Part shown: positions 46,044 through 54,145 of the stretch, one piece after another
Layout: each line of letters begins with the position of its first letter
Numbering within the stretch: position 1 is the first letter of the stretch
IMG/VR virus record: IMGVR_UViG_3300043754_000035
Coordinates: 1 to 54,145 of that record
Strand: one strand, 5' to 3'
Length of the DNA: 54,145 nt
DNA from: a virus
Taxonomy: Duplodnaviria; Caudoviricetes
Program-made: the position numbers and the translations under genes
The notes under the pieces: generated by a model
What the model saw: only the letters and a program-made list of their open reading frames with translations
Databases searched by the model: none
What the model was told of the DNA's origin: nothing

Positions 46044-46858
46044 CCGATCAGCTCCGCGACCGCATCGCCGCCGCCGTCAACCATGGCCTCTGGTTCGCCG
46101 ACGCCGACCCGGACTCGGTGCTGCCCGAGACCGTGAACGCCGTCCTCGCCGTAGTGCAGCCCGAGCTGGACCAGCTCCGGGCGGAGCGCGACGAACTCCT
46201 CACCGAACTTGACGGCCGCGACGAGGAAGCCCGCGAACGGTGGGTCGCCAACCAGGAGAAGCAACTCGGCATCCGCTACGCCGACTTTCGTGACGGCAAG
46301 TGGGAGATGGACTTGGCCATGGGGCGCGAGATGGCCGCCGCCTACGTGGCCATGGCGAAGACGATGCTCGGCGACGCGCCGAACTACAGCGAGACCAGGC
46401 TGGAGTTCGACGTGAAGATCGCCGAGTCACCGGAGATCTACACGCTCGTCGTCCAGCGGCACGCACTCGGCGCTCTCACCCCACACGAGGCCCGGCAGCG
46501 CGCCGAGGCGGAGCGGGACGAGGCGCTGGCCGACGCCGAGCAGCTCCGCGCTCAGCTTGCCGGCTTGTGGCCCTGCACGTGCGGCCACCTACCGGGCCAG
46601 CACCGCTACGACGCCGCGATCGGCCGGAACTACTGCCGCAGCTGCCCGGCGGATGCGGACCTTCACGAGTACGCCGCCACTGACACCGCCACCGAGCACG
46701 ACGCCGACGAGTTGGTGCGCTGCTCCGGCCTGCACTGCCCGAACGGCGAACGGTTCACGAAGGCCGCCGAGCGCGGCTGGCTCCACGGGCATCTGGACAC
46801 CTGGCAGTGCCCCAAGTGCCGCGCCGCCGCCGATTCCGCCCCGACCACCACACCCTGA
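46040..46858 (+). CDS. Hypothetical coiled-coil protein with two C-terminal Zn-binding motifs
   Basis: GGAGG RBS; CTCGH...C..C and C...C...CPKC. Confidence 0.7.
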   Translation: MTDQLRDRIAAAVNHGLWFADADPDSVLPETVNAVLAVVQPELDQLRAERDELLTELDGRDEEARERWVANQEKQLGIRYADFRDGKWEMDLAMGREMAAAYVAMAKTMLGDAPNYSETRLEFDVKIAESPEIYTLVVQRHALGALTPHEARQRAEAERDEALADAEQLRAQLAGLWPCTCGHLPGQHRYDAAIGRNYCRSCPADADLHEYAATDTATEHDADELVRCSGLHCPNGERFTKAAERGWLHGHLDTWQCPKCRAAADSAPTTTP

Positions 46859-46868
46859 GGAGCCAGCC

Positions 46869-47243
46869 GTGGGCCGCTACGCCAACCCGCTGACCCCGCA
46901 GCAACGCGCCTTCCTCCGCAACCTCGACAACGCCTGCGGCACCCCCGAGGGCTGGCGCCAGCACCGTCGTCTCCGGCAAGTCCCATGCTCCGAGTGCAAC
47001 CAGGCCCGCGAGGCGTACGAGCGCTCGAAGTGCGGCACCTACGCCGGCTACCAGCTCCACCGCCGCAGCAAGACCCGGCCGTGCCCGGCCTGCTCCGAGG
47101 CCAACGCCCAGCGCCTCCGGGACTGGCAGGCCGCGAACCCGGAGAAGGTCCGCGGCTACCAGAGCGATTACTACGAGCGGCACCGCGAGCAGCGGATCGC
47201 CTACTCAGCTGCCTACCGCGCCAACCACCGACCCGCCGCCTGA
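46869..47243 (+). CDS. Protein with two CGT...H.R...C..C Zn motifs
   Basis: GAGGAG RBS; tandem motif. Confidence 0.7.
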   Translation: MGRYANPLTPQQRAFLRNLDNACGTPEGWRQHRRLRQVPCSECNQAREAYERSKCGTYAGYQLHRRSKTRPCPACSEANAQRLRDWQAANPEKVRGYQSDYYERHREQRIAYSAAYRANHRPAA

Positions 47244-47255
47244 GAGGAGACCGCC

Positions 47256-48056
47256 ATGGCCGACCGCCCGCACGGCTACGCCCGTTACAAGCTCGACGGC
47301 TGCCGCTGCTACACCTGCGGCTGGGCCGTCGCCCAATACCGCGACCGCGTCGAGCAGATGCAGCGCCGCGGCCTCTGGCAGCCCTACGTCGACGCCGAAC
47401 CCGCACGCCAGCACGTTCTTCAGCTCAAGGCGTGCGGCTTCGGGGACCGTTCCATCGCTGACCTCGCCAGCCTCGACCGGAAGCGGGTCCGCGACCTGAT
47501 CCACGGGCGCCCGGAGCGCGGCACGCCGCCGCCAGCGCAGATCCGGCCAGCCACCGCCGCTGCGATCCTCGCCGTCGAGCCGACCTTCGACAACCTCCCC
47601 GGCGCCACACCAGTCGCGTCAACGGGCACGCTCCGACGGCTGCAGGCGCTCGTTGCGGCGGGCTGGCCGCAGGCGCAGCTGGCGGCTCGGCTCGGCCTGA
47701 CCGACAGCAACTTCGCCGCGACGCTGCGCCGTGAGCAGGTGCTCGTCCGCACGGTGCGCGCTGTCCGCGACCTGTACATCGCTCTGTGGCTCGTCGATCC
47801 GGCCGAGTACGGCGTCCCGGCCCAGTCCATCAGCCGGGCCCGCAACCACGCCAAGGCCAACGGCTGGGCTCCGCCCGGCGCGTGGGACGAGGACACCATC
47901 GACGACCCGCAGGCCGCGCCGGACTGGACTGGCGAGTGCGGCACCGCACAGGGCTACAGCATCCACTACCGCATCGGCGTCCCGCCGTGTCAGCGCTGCA
48001 AGGACGCGCGGGCCGTGCGTCGGAAGGAACTTGCCGACGCTCAGGCAGCCGCCTGA
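47256..48056 (+). CDS. Zn-finger/HTH DNA-binding protein, paralog of 41142-41966
   Basis: HG..RY...GCRC..C; GTLRRLQALVAAGW; C-terminal CGT..GY..H. Confidence 0.75.
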   Translation: MADRPHGYARYKLDGCRCYTCGWAVAQYRDRVEQMQRRGLWQPYVDAEPARQHVLQLKACGFGDRSIADLASLDRKRVRDLIHGRPERGTPPPAQIRPATAAAILAVEPTFDNLPGATPVASTGTLRRLQALVAAGWPQAQLAARLGLTDSNFAATLRREQVLVRTVRAVRDLYIALWLVDPAEYGVPAQSISRARNHAKANGWAPPGAWDEDTIDDPQAAPDWTGECGTAQGYSIHYRIGVPPCQRCKDARAVRRKELADAQAAA

Positions 48057-48112
48057 CCGACCACCTACCCGGCCGCCTCGCGCGGCCGGTCACCCCGAAG
48101 GAGCAGCCTGCA

Positions 48113-48469
48113 ATGAGCCGCGCCAGCTATCTGAGCCCGCCTGACTTCCACCGCCTGGACTGGGCCTGCCGGCCCATCGCCGCGGCGTTCGGCGCCCCGG
48201 TGTACCTCGTCGGTTCCGTCCTTCGCACCGACGCCTACCGGGACATCGATCTTCGGCTGATCCTCCCCGATGACGATGAGCGGTTCACGGGACCGCTCCG
48301 GCTGGTGATGAACATCGCGGTGTCTGACCTCATCGCGAAGACCGCCGGCCTCTCCCGCCCGATCGACTTCCAGATCCAGTCCATGACCGAAGCCGACGCC
48401 GAGGACGGCGCCCGTAACCCGCTCGGCATCCCCAGCGACGCGGCGCGTCGCGCAGGCCGACTGCCGTAA
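48113..48469 (+). CDS. Minimal Pol-beta-superfamily nucleotidyltransferase
   Basis: AAGGAG RBS; YLVGS....RDIDLR ... PIDFQ. Confidence 0.75.
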   Translation: MSRASYLSPPDFHRLDWACRPIAAAFGAPVYLVGSVLRTDAYRDIDLRLILPDDDERFTGPLRLVMNIAVSDLIAKTAGLSRPIDFQIQSMTEADAEDGARNPLGIPSDAARRAGRLP

Positions 48470-48502
48470 CCACCCGCTACCTCTCACCGCCAGGAGCAGC
48501 AC

Positions 48503-48859
48503 ATGACCGACACCACGCCCGGACAGCTCGCCTACCAGGCTTACGCGAAGGCCACCGGCGGCCTCACCTACGACGGACGCCCCATGCCCGCCTGGGACGA
48601 CCTCGGCGACCGTATCCGCCACGCGTGGGCGGCTGCAGCCCTCGCCCTCGGCATGGAGCGCACCGTCCCGAAGCCCGCGTACGGCGACGCCTGGGCCGAG
48701 CTCACCGGATACGTGAACCAGGCCTGCGAGGACGGCGGAACGATCGACCCGCAGTACCTGCGCGGCTACCTGGTCGAGTTGAAGCGCCGTGCGCTTGCTC
48801 CCGTCAGCGAGTGGATCAATCGGACCGCCGCCGGACCGGGCAACGGGGTGACCGAGTGA
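48503..48859 (+). CDS. Hypothetical protein
   Basis: GQLAYQAY...P.W..L. Confidence 0.7.
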   Translation: MTDTTPGQLAYQAYAKATGGLTYDGRPMPAWDDLGDRIRHAWAAAALALGMERTVPKPAYGDAWAELTGYVNQACEDGGTIDPQYLRGYLVELKRRALAPVSEWINRTAAGPGNGVTE

Positions 48860-49116
48860 CCAGCGCTCCTGCCCCTCGGATCGACTGCTCGACGTGCAAG
48901 GGGCACAAGCGCTACGTCGGCGGGGTCATGGACGGACACGTCGCCCATCTCGTCTACGCGCACCCGTCGGACTACCCGCAGACGCTTGGCACGCTCCTGC
49001 GTGACGGTACGAGGTCCTGGTACGAGATCGACTACGAGGCCAGCGAAGGAACCGAGGTCGTCTATCGGTTCATTGGCATGGGCCGGGACTTCCCGCAGCG
49101 GGAGGTGTCCGAGTGA
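48856..49116 (+). CDS. Hypothetical protein
   Basis: GTGA overlaps. Confidence 0.6.
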   Translation: MTSAPAPRIDCSTCKGHKRYVGGVMDGHVAHLVYAHPSDYPQTLGTLLRDGTRSWYEIDYEASEGTEVVYRFIGMGRDFPQREVSE

Positions 49117-49451
49117 CCAGTCAGCCGCCACCCATGGCCGCCATGCTCGAACTCGCCGAGCGAGCCCGAGCCGCGTTCCTCGCCGAACAGCTGCGTCTGG
49201 AGCACGCGATCGTCATCGCCATCGAGGGTGCGGGCCTGACCGTCGTCCGTACTGAGCCCGTTCAGCAGGTCGCCGCGAACTCTGCGGCGGTGCACCGCAT
49301 GCGGACCGAGATCTTCCAGCAGAGTGTGTTCCCCCGGTCCCTGGGCCAGATCGGCTCGCTGACCGATCTGCCGGTCGTCGTCGACGAGGCGCTGCCGCCC
49401 GGTGAGGTCCACCTGCGGCCGCACCCGCGGCCCGCCGGGGAGGCGTCGTGA
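49113..49451 (+). CDS. Hypothetical protein
   Basis: GGAGG RBS, GTGA overlaps. Confidence 0.65.
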   Translation: MTSQPPPMAAMLELAERARAAFLAEQLRLEHAIVIAIEGAGLTVVRTEPVQQVAANSAAVHRMRTEIFQQSVFPRSLGQIGSLTDLPVVVDEALPPGEVHLRPHPRPAGEAS

Positions 49452-49657
49452 CGCCGATGTCGTGGTGGCAGCTGGCCGTGCTGATCGCCGTCTGCGCGCT
49501 GATCCTCGGCGGCCTGGCCGTCCTGGACCGGCGGCTCGATCGGCGCCAGGACGAGCGGGACGTGTCGGCCGAAGCCGAGAGGTACACGCGAGACGCCGCC
49601 GAGCAGGCCCTGTGGCAGCAGATGTGGGACCGCCTGAACGATGAGTTCGGCCAGTGA
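49448..49657 (+). CDS. Small membrane protein
   Basis: N-terminal TM helix. Confidence 0.65.
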   Translation: MTPMSWWQLAVLIAVCALILGGLAVLDRRLDRRQDERDVSAEAERYTRDAAEQALWQQMWDRLNDEFGQ

Positions 49658-50040
49658 CCGGCGAGCACGCACCGCGGCAGCTCCTGACCCCGTCCGAGCG
49701 GACCCTGCTCGTCCTCCTCGGCAACGGCCGCACCATCACCGAGCTCTCCCGCGAACTCGGCAAAGCACGGCACACCCTCAAGACCCACCGCAGCAACGCC
49801 TACCGCAAGCTCGGCGCCCACGCCCTCGGCGAAGCCGTCGAACGCGCCCTCGACCTCGGCGAGATCCAGCCCGAGGACATCGTCATGGCCAGCCCCCGCC
49901 TCGTCGTCGCGATGTTCCGCGCCGCCGAAGCCCAACTCGCCGCCGTCCGCGCCTACGCCGACCGCCTCGCCAACAGCGAGCCGGCCATCGCCGCCGAACT
50001 CCGAGCTATCCTCAACGCCCGTACAGGAGCACGCCGATGA
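49654..50040 (+). CDS. LuxR/GerE-type HTH protein
   Basis: LTPSER.LL.LL.NG.T..ELS.ELG....TLKTH.SN.YRKLG. Confidence 0.85.
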   Translation: MTGEHAPRQLLTPSERTLLVLLGNGRTITELSRELGKARHTLKTHRSNAYRKLGAHALGEAVERALDLGEIQPEDIVMASPRLVVAMFRAAEAQLAAVRAYADRLANSEPAIAAELRAILNARTGARR

Positions 50041-50663
50041 GCGACCACTACCACGACCAGGTCCGCAAGCAACTCGAAGAGACACGGCAGGCGTTGAAGT
50101 CTGCCGAGGACGAGCTCGCTGTACACCGGCAGCGGGCGCGCCAAGAGGACCGACTCCGTGCCGCCTGGCGCTCAGCCCGGCGTCGAGCCGCCGACCGCCA
50201 GCCGACCCACCCCAGCGCGGGCGCGCTCATGGCCCAGGTCCAGCAGCTCGGCGGCCAGCTCAAGACCGCCGAGCGCCAACTCGACGCCGCGCGCGCTCTC
50301 CACCGGCGAGTCACCACCCCGCACGTGGACCTGTGCGCCCACTGCTCCGAACGGGACTACCCGAACTACGAAGTCCCGTGGCCCTGCCTGACCATCCGGG
50401 CCCTCGACGGCATCGCCGACGACTGCGGCTGCCGACCGCTGGACGGGCACGACTGCGGCCGCGAGCAGATCATCGAGACCGTTCGCGGCGGTCGGGCGGT
50501 CGTCGACACCTGCCACACCGTCACCGTCGACGGCGACACCATCCGCGTCCGCGGCGCCAGCACGCTCGGGCCCGCCGGCGAGGCCGCGCTCGCCGAGGTC
50601 ATCCGCGCCGCCAAGCGGAGGTACGCCGCCGAGCAGGGCCAGACCGAAGCGGCAGGGGGATGA
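50037..50663 (+). CDS. Hypothetical protein
   Basis: AGGAG RBS; ALH...C.HC...WPC.TI.AL motif. Confidence 0.7.
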   Translation: MSDHYHDQVRKQLEETRQALKSAEDELAVHRQRARQEDRLRAAWRSARRRAADRQPTHPSAGALMAQVQQLGGQLKTAERQLDAARALHRRVTTPHVDLCAHCSERDYPNYEVPWPCLTIRALDGIADDCGCRPLDGHDCGREQIIETVRGGRAVVDTCHTVTVDGDTIRVRGASTLGPAGEAALAEVIRAAKRRYAAEQGQTEAAGG

Positions 50664-50820
50664 CGAGGCGCCCGGCCGCAACGACCGGGCGCCAACAGGT
50701 TGCCCACCTGTGCCCGACACCGTACGGCCAACCGCCAGCGAAAGCACCACCCCTGCGCCGACTTTCGAGCAGCACGAAAGGCCGCACGGCACACGCCGGG
50801 CGGCTACGGGACGGGGTCGG

Positions 50821-51048
50821 TCAGGCGCTCTTCGGCCCCTTGCCGTCACGGATGCGGGCGACGTACTCGCGGGTCCAGCCAGAGGCGGCGACCACCTCGT
50901 TGAGGCGACCGCGCACGACAGGCTCACCGCGCTTCTCGGGGAAGACCTGCGGGATCAGTTCGAGGATGCGGGCCTTGTCGTCTGCGATGCGCTGGGAGCG
51001 CATGCGGATCTCCTCGATCTTCTCCTGGTCAGTGGCGGGCTCAGTCAT
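50821..51048 (-). CDS. Small HTH protein
   Basis: LNEVVAASGWTREYVARIRDG; divergent from promoter at 51096. Confidence 0.7.
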   Translation of the reverse strand: MTEPATDQEKIEEIRMRSQRIADDKARILELIPQVFPEKRGEPVVRGRLNEVVAASGWTREYVARIRDGKGPKSA

Positions 51049-51075
51049 GCGGTCAGTATGCCATGCCAGTTCGCC

Positions 51076-51124
51076 AACTCAATAGGCAAACTCTGTTGAC
51101 ATGAGAACTGAGTAGGCATACCTT
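51076..51124 (+). promoter_or_regulatory. Housekeeping-sigma promoter with direct-repeat operator
   Basis: TTGACA 51096-51101, 17 bp, TACCTT 51119-51124; repeats AACTCAATAGGCA 51076 and AACTGAGTAGGCA 51106. Confidence 0.72.
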
Positions 51125-51169
51125 GTAGTCATCAAGCCGCACCGAGCCGCAGATGACCCGGAGGACAAC

Positions 51170-51514
51170 ATGAGCGCCGCAGCCACCCACACGAACTGCC
51201 TCCGCTGCGGCCGCAAGTTGACCTCCGCCACCAGCGCCACCCGCGGCTACGGCCGCACCTGCGCCAGCAAGGTCCGCCAGGCCGAGGACGTCATCGACCT
51301 CACCGCCTACAAGCCCGCCCAGATCGACGCTGCCCGCGAGCTCATCGAAGACGCCGCGATCATCCAGATCCGCCCCCGCATCTACCGCTCGGTCAGCAGC
51401 GACGGCTCGGAGCTGTACCTCACCGCCGTCACCGGCCAGTGCAACTGCCCCGCCGGACTGCGCGGCACCCGCTGCTACCACGCCGCAGCCGCCCGCATCC
51501 TTGCCGCCGCCTGA
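51170..51514 (+). CDS. DUF6011-like Zn domain plus SWIM-like Zn finger
   Basis: GGAGG RBS; C.RCGR.LT...S..RG.G..C; CNCPAG....CYH. Confidence 0.75.
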   Translation: MSAAATHTNCLRCGRKLTSATSATRGYGRTCASKVRQAEDVIDLTAYKPAQIDAARELIEDAAIIQIRPRIYRSVSSDGSELYLTAVTGQCNCPAGLRGTRCYHAAAARILAAA

Positions 51515-51539
51515 CGGCCCCACCCGACCGGAGGACCCG

Positions 51540-51782
51540 GTGAACTCCATCGCCAGCACCAACCAGGCCAGAGACGCCGTCCACGCCGAGCACCCCGAAG
51601 CCATCAACTTCGAACCCGTCATCGCAGGCGACCAGCGCATCGGATGGACCTACGCCACCGGCCACCACACCTACGGCTGGATCCTCGACACCGGCCGGAT
51701 CAGCACCGTCGAGGCCAGCTCCCGCGCCCGCGCCGAGCACAACGCCCGCGCAACCCACAGACCCCGGAGGGGCACCCCATGA
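51540..51782 (+). CDS. Hypothetical protein
   Basis: GGAGG RBS. Confidence 0.6.
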   Translation: MNSIASTNQARDAVHAEHPEAINFEPVIAGDQRIGWTYATGHHTYGWILDTGRISTVEASSRARAEHNARATHRPRRGTP

Positions 51783-52213
51783 CCAAGAAGATCAGCATCG
51801 AAGTCTGCAGGGACGGCTGGACCAAGGGCCTGCAGCTGAACATCGACAACGGGAGCGACGGCTACCGGCTCGCCGGCCCGAAGTTCAACGGCTCGTCCAT
51901 GACGCTCCTCAAGACCGAGCTGGACGAGCGCGACGCCCGCGAGATCCGCGAGTACCTCGACCAGGGCTTCCCGCTGACCGAGAACGAGACCCGCGCCGCC
52001 GCTCTTCAGGAAGCCGTGAGCGCCGTGGTGCACCTGATGGTGCCGCTGCCGGGCAGCCACCCGGACAAAAGTGGCCTGCAGGCAGCTCTCAAGCTGCTGC
52101 ACGAGCTTCGCGGTGAGGCCCGCAAGGGGGCAGCCGAGGAGCAGCAGGCGCCCCACTGCCTGTGCGCCGAAAGCACCGCCCACCAGTACGGCTGCCCGCA
52201 GTTCAACGGCTGA
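51779..52213 (+). CDS. Hypothetical protein
   Basis: GGAGG RBS; GYRLAGPKFNG. Confidence 0.7.
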   Translation: MTKKISIEVCRDGWTKGLQLNIDNGSDGYRLAGPKFNGSSMTLLKTELDERDAREIREYLDQGFPLTENETRAAALQEAVSAVVHLMVPLPGSHPDKSGLQAALKLLHELRGEARKGAAEEQQAPHCLCAESTAHQYGCPQFNG

Positions 52214-52291
52214 CCCGCTTCCCCGACGCCAACGGGCCGGGCACGCGACTCCACCGCGGCCCGGCCCCCAACCACCGGAGACACGACTCCC

Positions 52292-53278
52292 ATGGCTGCC
52301 ACGCGCCATACCCTCAAGCACCACGCCCCACGCATCATCGCCGCAGTCTTCACCGCCGCCAGCGCCGCATGGACCCTCTACAGCGTCTGGGACCTACTCG
52401 GCGTCGGCCCCGTCGCCATCACCGCCGGAACCGGCGCGGAAGGCCTGTGGGTCGGCGGAATGCTTGCCTACCGGGCCCAGCGCACGAAACTCACCTGCAC
52501 CGCGATGCTCGCCGGCCTCGCCGGAACCCTCGCCATCCTCGCCGTCCACGGATTCGGCGCCTACGGGTGGGGCGGCATCGTCGCCGTCGTCCCCCCGCTT
52601 GCCGCCGAGCTCTTCTGGCACGTCGACGCCCAACTCACCGCCGACCCCACCGCGCTCACCACCGAGCAGCAGGACGAGGTCAACGACGTCCTCCGCCAGG
52701 CCCGGCACATCACCGCCCGTGCCGCAGCAGATCAGGCACGCGAGGACGCCGAGCACGCCGCGAAGCTCGCCCGCATCCGCCGCGACGGCGAACTCCGCCA
52801 GGCCGAAGACCTCGCCGACTTCGACGTGGCCGTTAGCCGGATCGACATGCAACGGCAGATCACCCGCCGCGCGCCGCTCATGCTCCCCGCCCCGCCGGCG
52901 CCCGAGGACACCGACGGAGACGGCCCGGACAAGCCAGGCGGACAGCGTCCACCTGTGTCCGCGGACGTCCTGTCCGCTGTCCGCGCCGCCCTTGAGTTCA
53001 TGTCCGACGCCACCCCCGAGGCCATCGCCGAGCAGCTCGATCAGGCAGGCGTGCCAGCACCCACCGGCGGCCTGTCCGGACAGCCGGACACCAGCTCAGC
53101 CCAGGTACTCCACCTTGCGGGCGACCCGGGCAGCGGGAGCATCGCGGACACCGTCCGCCGGGCATACCACGCCCTCGGACGCGACCACGAAGCCGTCCTC
53201 GCCTACGTCCGCCGACACCACGGCCCCAACGTCAAGCCGGACACCGTCGCCAAGACACTCCGACGCGTCGCCGGTTGA
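52292..53278 (+). CDS. SpdB-like membrane protein (about 4 TM helices, coiled coil, C-terminal HTH-like domain)
   Basis: GGAG RBS; hydrophobic N-terminal third, charged helical middle, ..AVLAYVRRHHGPNVKPDTVAKTLRR. Confidence 0.7.
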   Translation: MAATRHTLKHHAPRIIAAVFTAASAAWTLYSVWDLLGVGPVAITAGTGAEGLWVGGMLAYRAQRTKLTCTAMLAGLAGTLAILAVHGFGAYGWGGIVAVVPPLAAELFWHVDAQLTADPTALTTEQQDEVNDVLRQARHITARAAADQAREDAEHAAKLARIRRDGELRQAEDLADFDVAVSRIDMQRQITRRAPLMLPAPPAPEDTDGDGPDKPGGQRPPVSADVLSAVRAALEFMSDATPEAIAEQLDQAGVPAPTGGLSGQPDTSSAQVLHLAGDPGSGSIADTVRRAYHALGRDHEAVLAYVRRHHGPNVKPDTVAKTLRRVAG

Positions 53279-53296
53279 AGGAGACGGACATGTCCG
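52926..53296. repeat. Array of 13 CGGACA/TGTCCG motifs including palindromes TGTCCGGACA and CGGACATGTCCG
   Basis: Copies at 52926, 52939, 52956, 52971, 52978, 53001, 53073, 53077, 53085, 53145, 53238, 53285, 53291. Confidence 0.85.
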
Positions 53297-53436
53297 CGCT
53301 GCTCTGGGCGCTCCCCGCCCTCCTCGCACTCGCCGGCCTCTACCGCGCCAAGCCCAACAGCCGGCACACCGTCCGCCTCGCCGCAGCCATCACCCTCTGG
53401 GCCACCTGCATCTGCCTGATCATCACCTGGAGCTGA
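53290..53436 (+). CDS. Small two-TM membrane protein (48 aa)
   Basis: AAGGAG RBS; two hydrophobic segments. Confidence 0.65.
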   Translation: MSALLWALPALLALAGLYRAKPNSRHTVRLAAAITLWATCICLIITWS

Positions 53437-53438
53437 CC

Positions 53439-53729
53439 ATGCCCCAGATCCACCCCGAACGCCTCCGGCCCGGCTACAACGCCACAGCCGCCGTCGGCAG
53501 CCTCATCGCCGCACCCGCCTGGGCCCACGCGCTCACCGCGTCCACCAGCGCCGGACCGCTCGCCCCACTCGGCCTCACCGCCGCCGCGTTCCTCACGGTC
53601 GGCGTCGCCAACTGGGCCGTGCCGTGCTGGCCCACCCGCGCCGCCCTCTACGTCCCCGCCACCGCCCTGGCCATCAGCCCGGCCGCCGCCCACGCCGTCC
53701 TCACCTTCACCACCGGAGCCCACCCGTGA
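53439..53729 (+). CDS. Membrane protein (96 aa)
   Basis: GGAG RBS; hydrophobic; GTGA overlap with next gene. Confidence 0.7.
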   Translation: MPQIHPERLRPGYNATAAVGSLIAAPAWAHALTASTSAGPLAPLGLTAAAFLTVGVANWAVPCWPTRAALYVPATALAISPAAAHAVLTFTTGAHP

Positions 53730-54145
53730 CCGTCACCATCAGCCTCGGCGGCCTGTTCATCGGCCTCGTCTTGCTCCTCCGCCAGTTCCTCCCCGCCGCA
53801 TGGGCCGCCGCCATGAAGAAGGTCGGCCGACCCGGCGGCGACCACGAGCACCACCACGGCACGGGCAAGTTCAACATCCGCGAGCACCTGCCGTTCGTCC
53901 TCGGCGCCATCCTCGGCATGCTCGCCATCGCCTGCCCCGGCGGCGTCCTCGGCAGCATCGCCGCGAAGATCGTCGGATTCAGCAACGCCGCAGGAGACAA
54001 GGTCCTCGCCGCAGGCTCCGGCGGCACCACCATCGGAGTCACCCGGCACGCCGCCGCCACCCTCACCCAGTACGGCGGCATGGTCACCGCACTCCTCGTC
54101 ATCGCCGTCATCATCCTCCGCAAGATCCTCGACAAGCGCGCCAAG
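53726..54145 (+). CDS. 5' part of multi-pass membrane protein continuing to 256
   Basis: GGAG RBS, GTG; several TM segments, short His-rich loop. Confidence 0.75.
   Translation, partial: MTVTISLGGLFIGLVLLLRQFLPAAWAAAMKKVGRPGGDHEHHHGTGKFNIREHLPFVLGAILGMLAIACPGGVLGSIAAKIVGFSNAAGDKVLAAGSGGTTIGVTRHAAATLTQYGGMVTALLVIAVIILRKILDKRAK
54019..54145. repeat. Terminal overlap identical to 1-127
   Basis: Exact identity. Confidence 0.95.

Noticed and set aside
52071-53438. 552-aa Pro/Ser-rich ORF 52071-53729
   Set aside because: An alternative frame of the real genes; only 53439-53729 has an RBS and sensible composition
54019-54145. Biological direct terminal repeat
   Set aside because: It is exactly 127 bp and lies mid-gene; an assembly overlap is the simpler explanation
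1-54145. CRISPR array, diversity-generating retroelement, retron, IS element, tRNA/rRNA genes
   Set aside because: No repeat-spacer array, reverse transcriptase, transposase or cloverleaf was recognised by eye

Overview
The window is a complete, circularly assembled temperate actinophage of high GC content, most likely infecting Streptomycetaceae. Bases 1-127 are identical to 54019-54145, so the unit length is about 54,018 bp. Gene order: small early/late ORFs and a putative terminase small subunit; terminase large subunit; HK97-type portal; ClpP-like prohead protease; major capsid; a long run of small virion genes; head-tail genes; two tail-tube-like paralogs; a tail chaperone with a -1 frameshift; tape measure and tail tip genes; a lysis region (PLD-family enzyme, DUF1003, DUF1906 endolysin, holin-like genes); a leftward accessory block; attP with a tyrosine integrase; a repressor/Cro/Xis switch; and a recombination/replication arm (Sak4-like ATPase, BRO/ANT antirepressor, DnaQ-like exonuclease, WhiB, initiator with internal iterons, helicase loader, nucleotidyltransferase). 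The most unusual part spans the junction (52292-54145/1-877). It is an operon of membrane proteins resembling Streptomyces plasmid spread (Spd) genes. Its first gene carries a dense CGGACA/TGTCCG array (13 copies) in and just after its own 3' end. Its last gene looks like a TraB-type membrane anchor plus DNA-binding tail without the ATPase, followed by clt-like GCCCTAG repeats. This may be a phage DNA-membrane tethering or intramycelial spreading system. All family assignments come from motif recognition by eye; no database searches were run.
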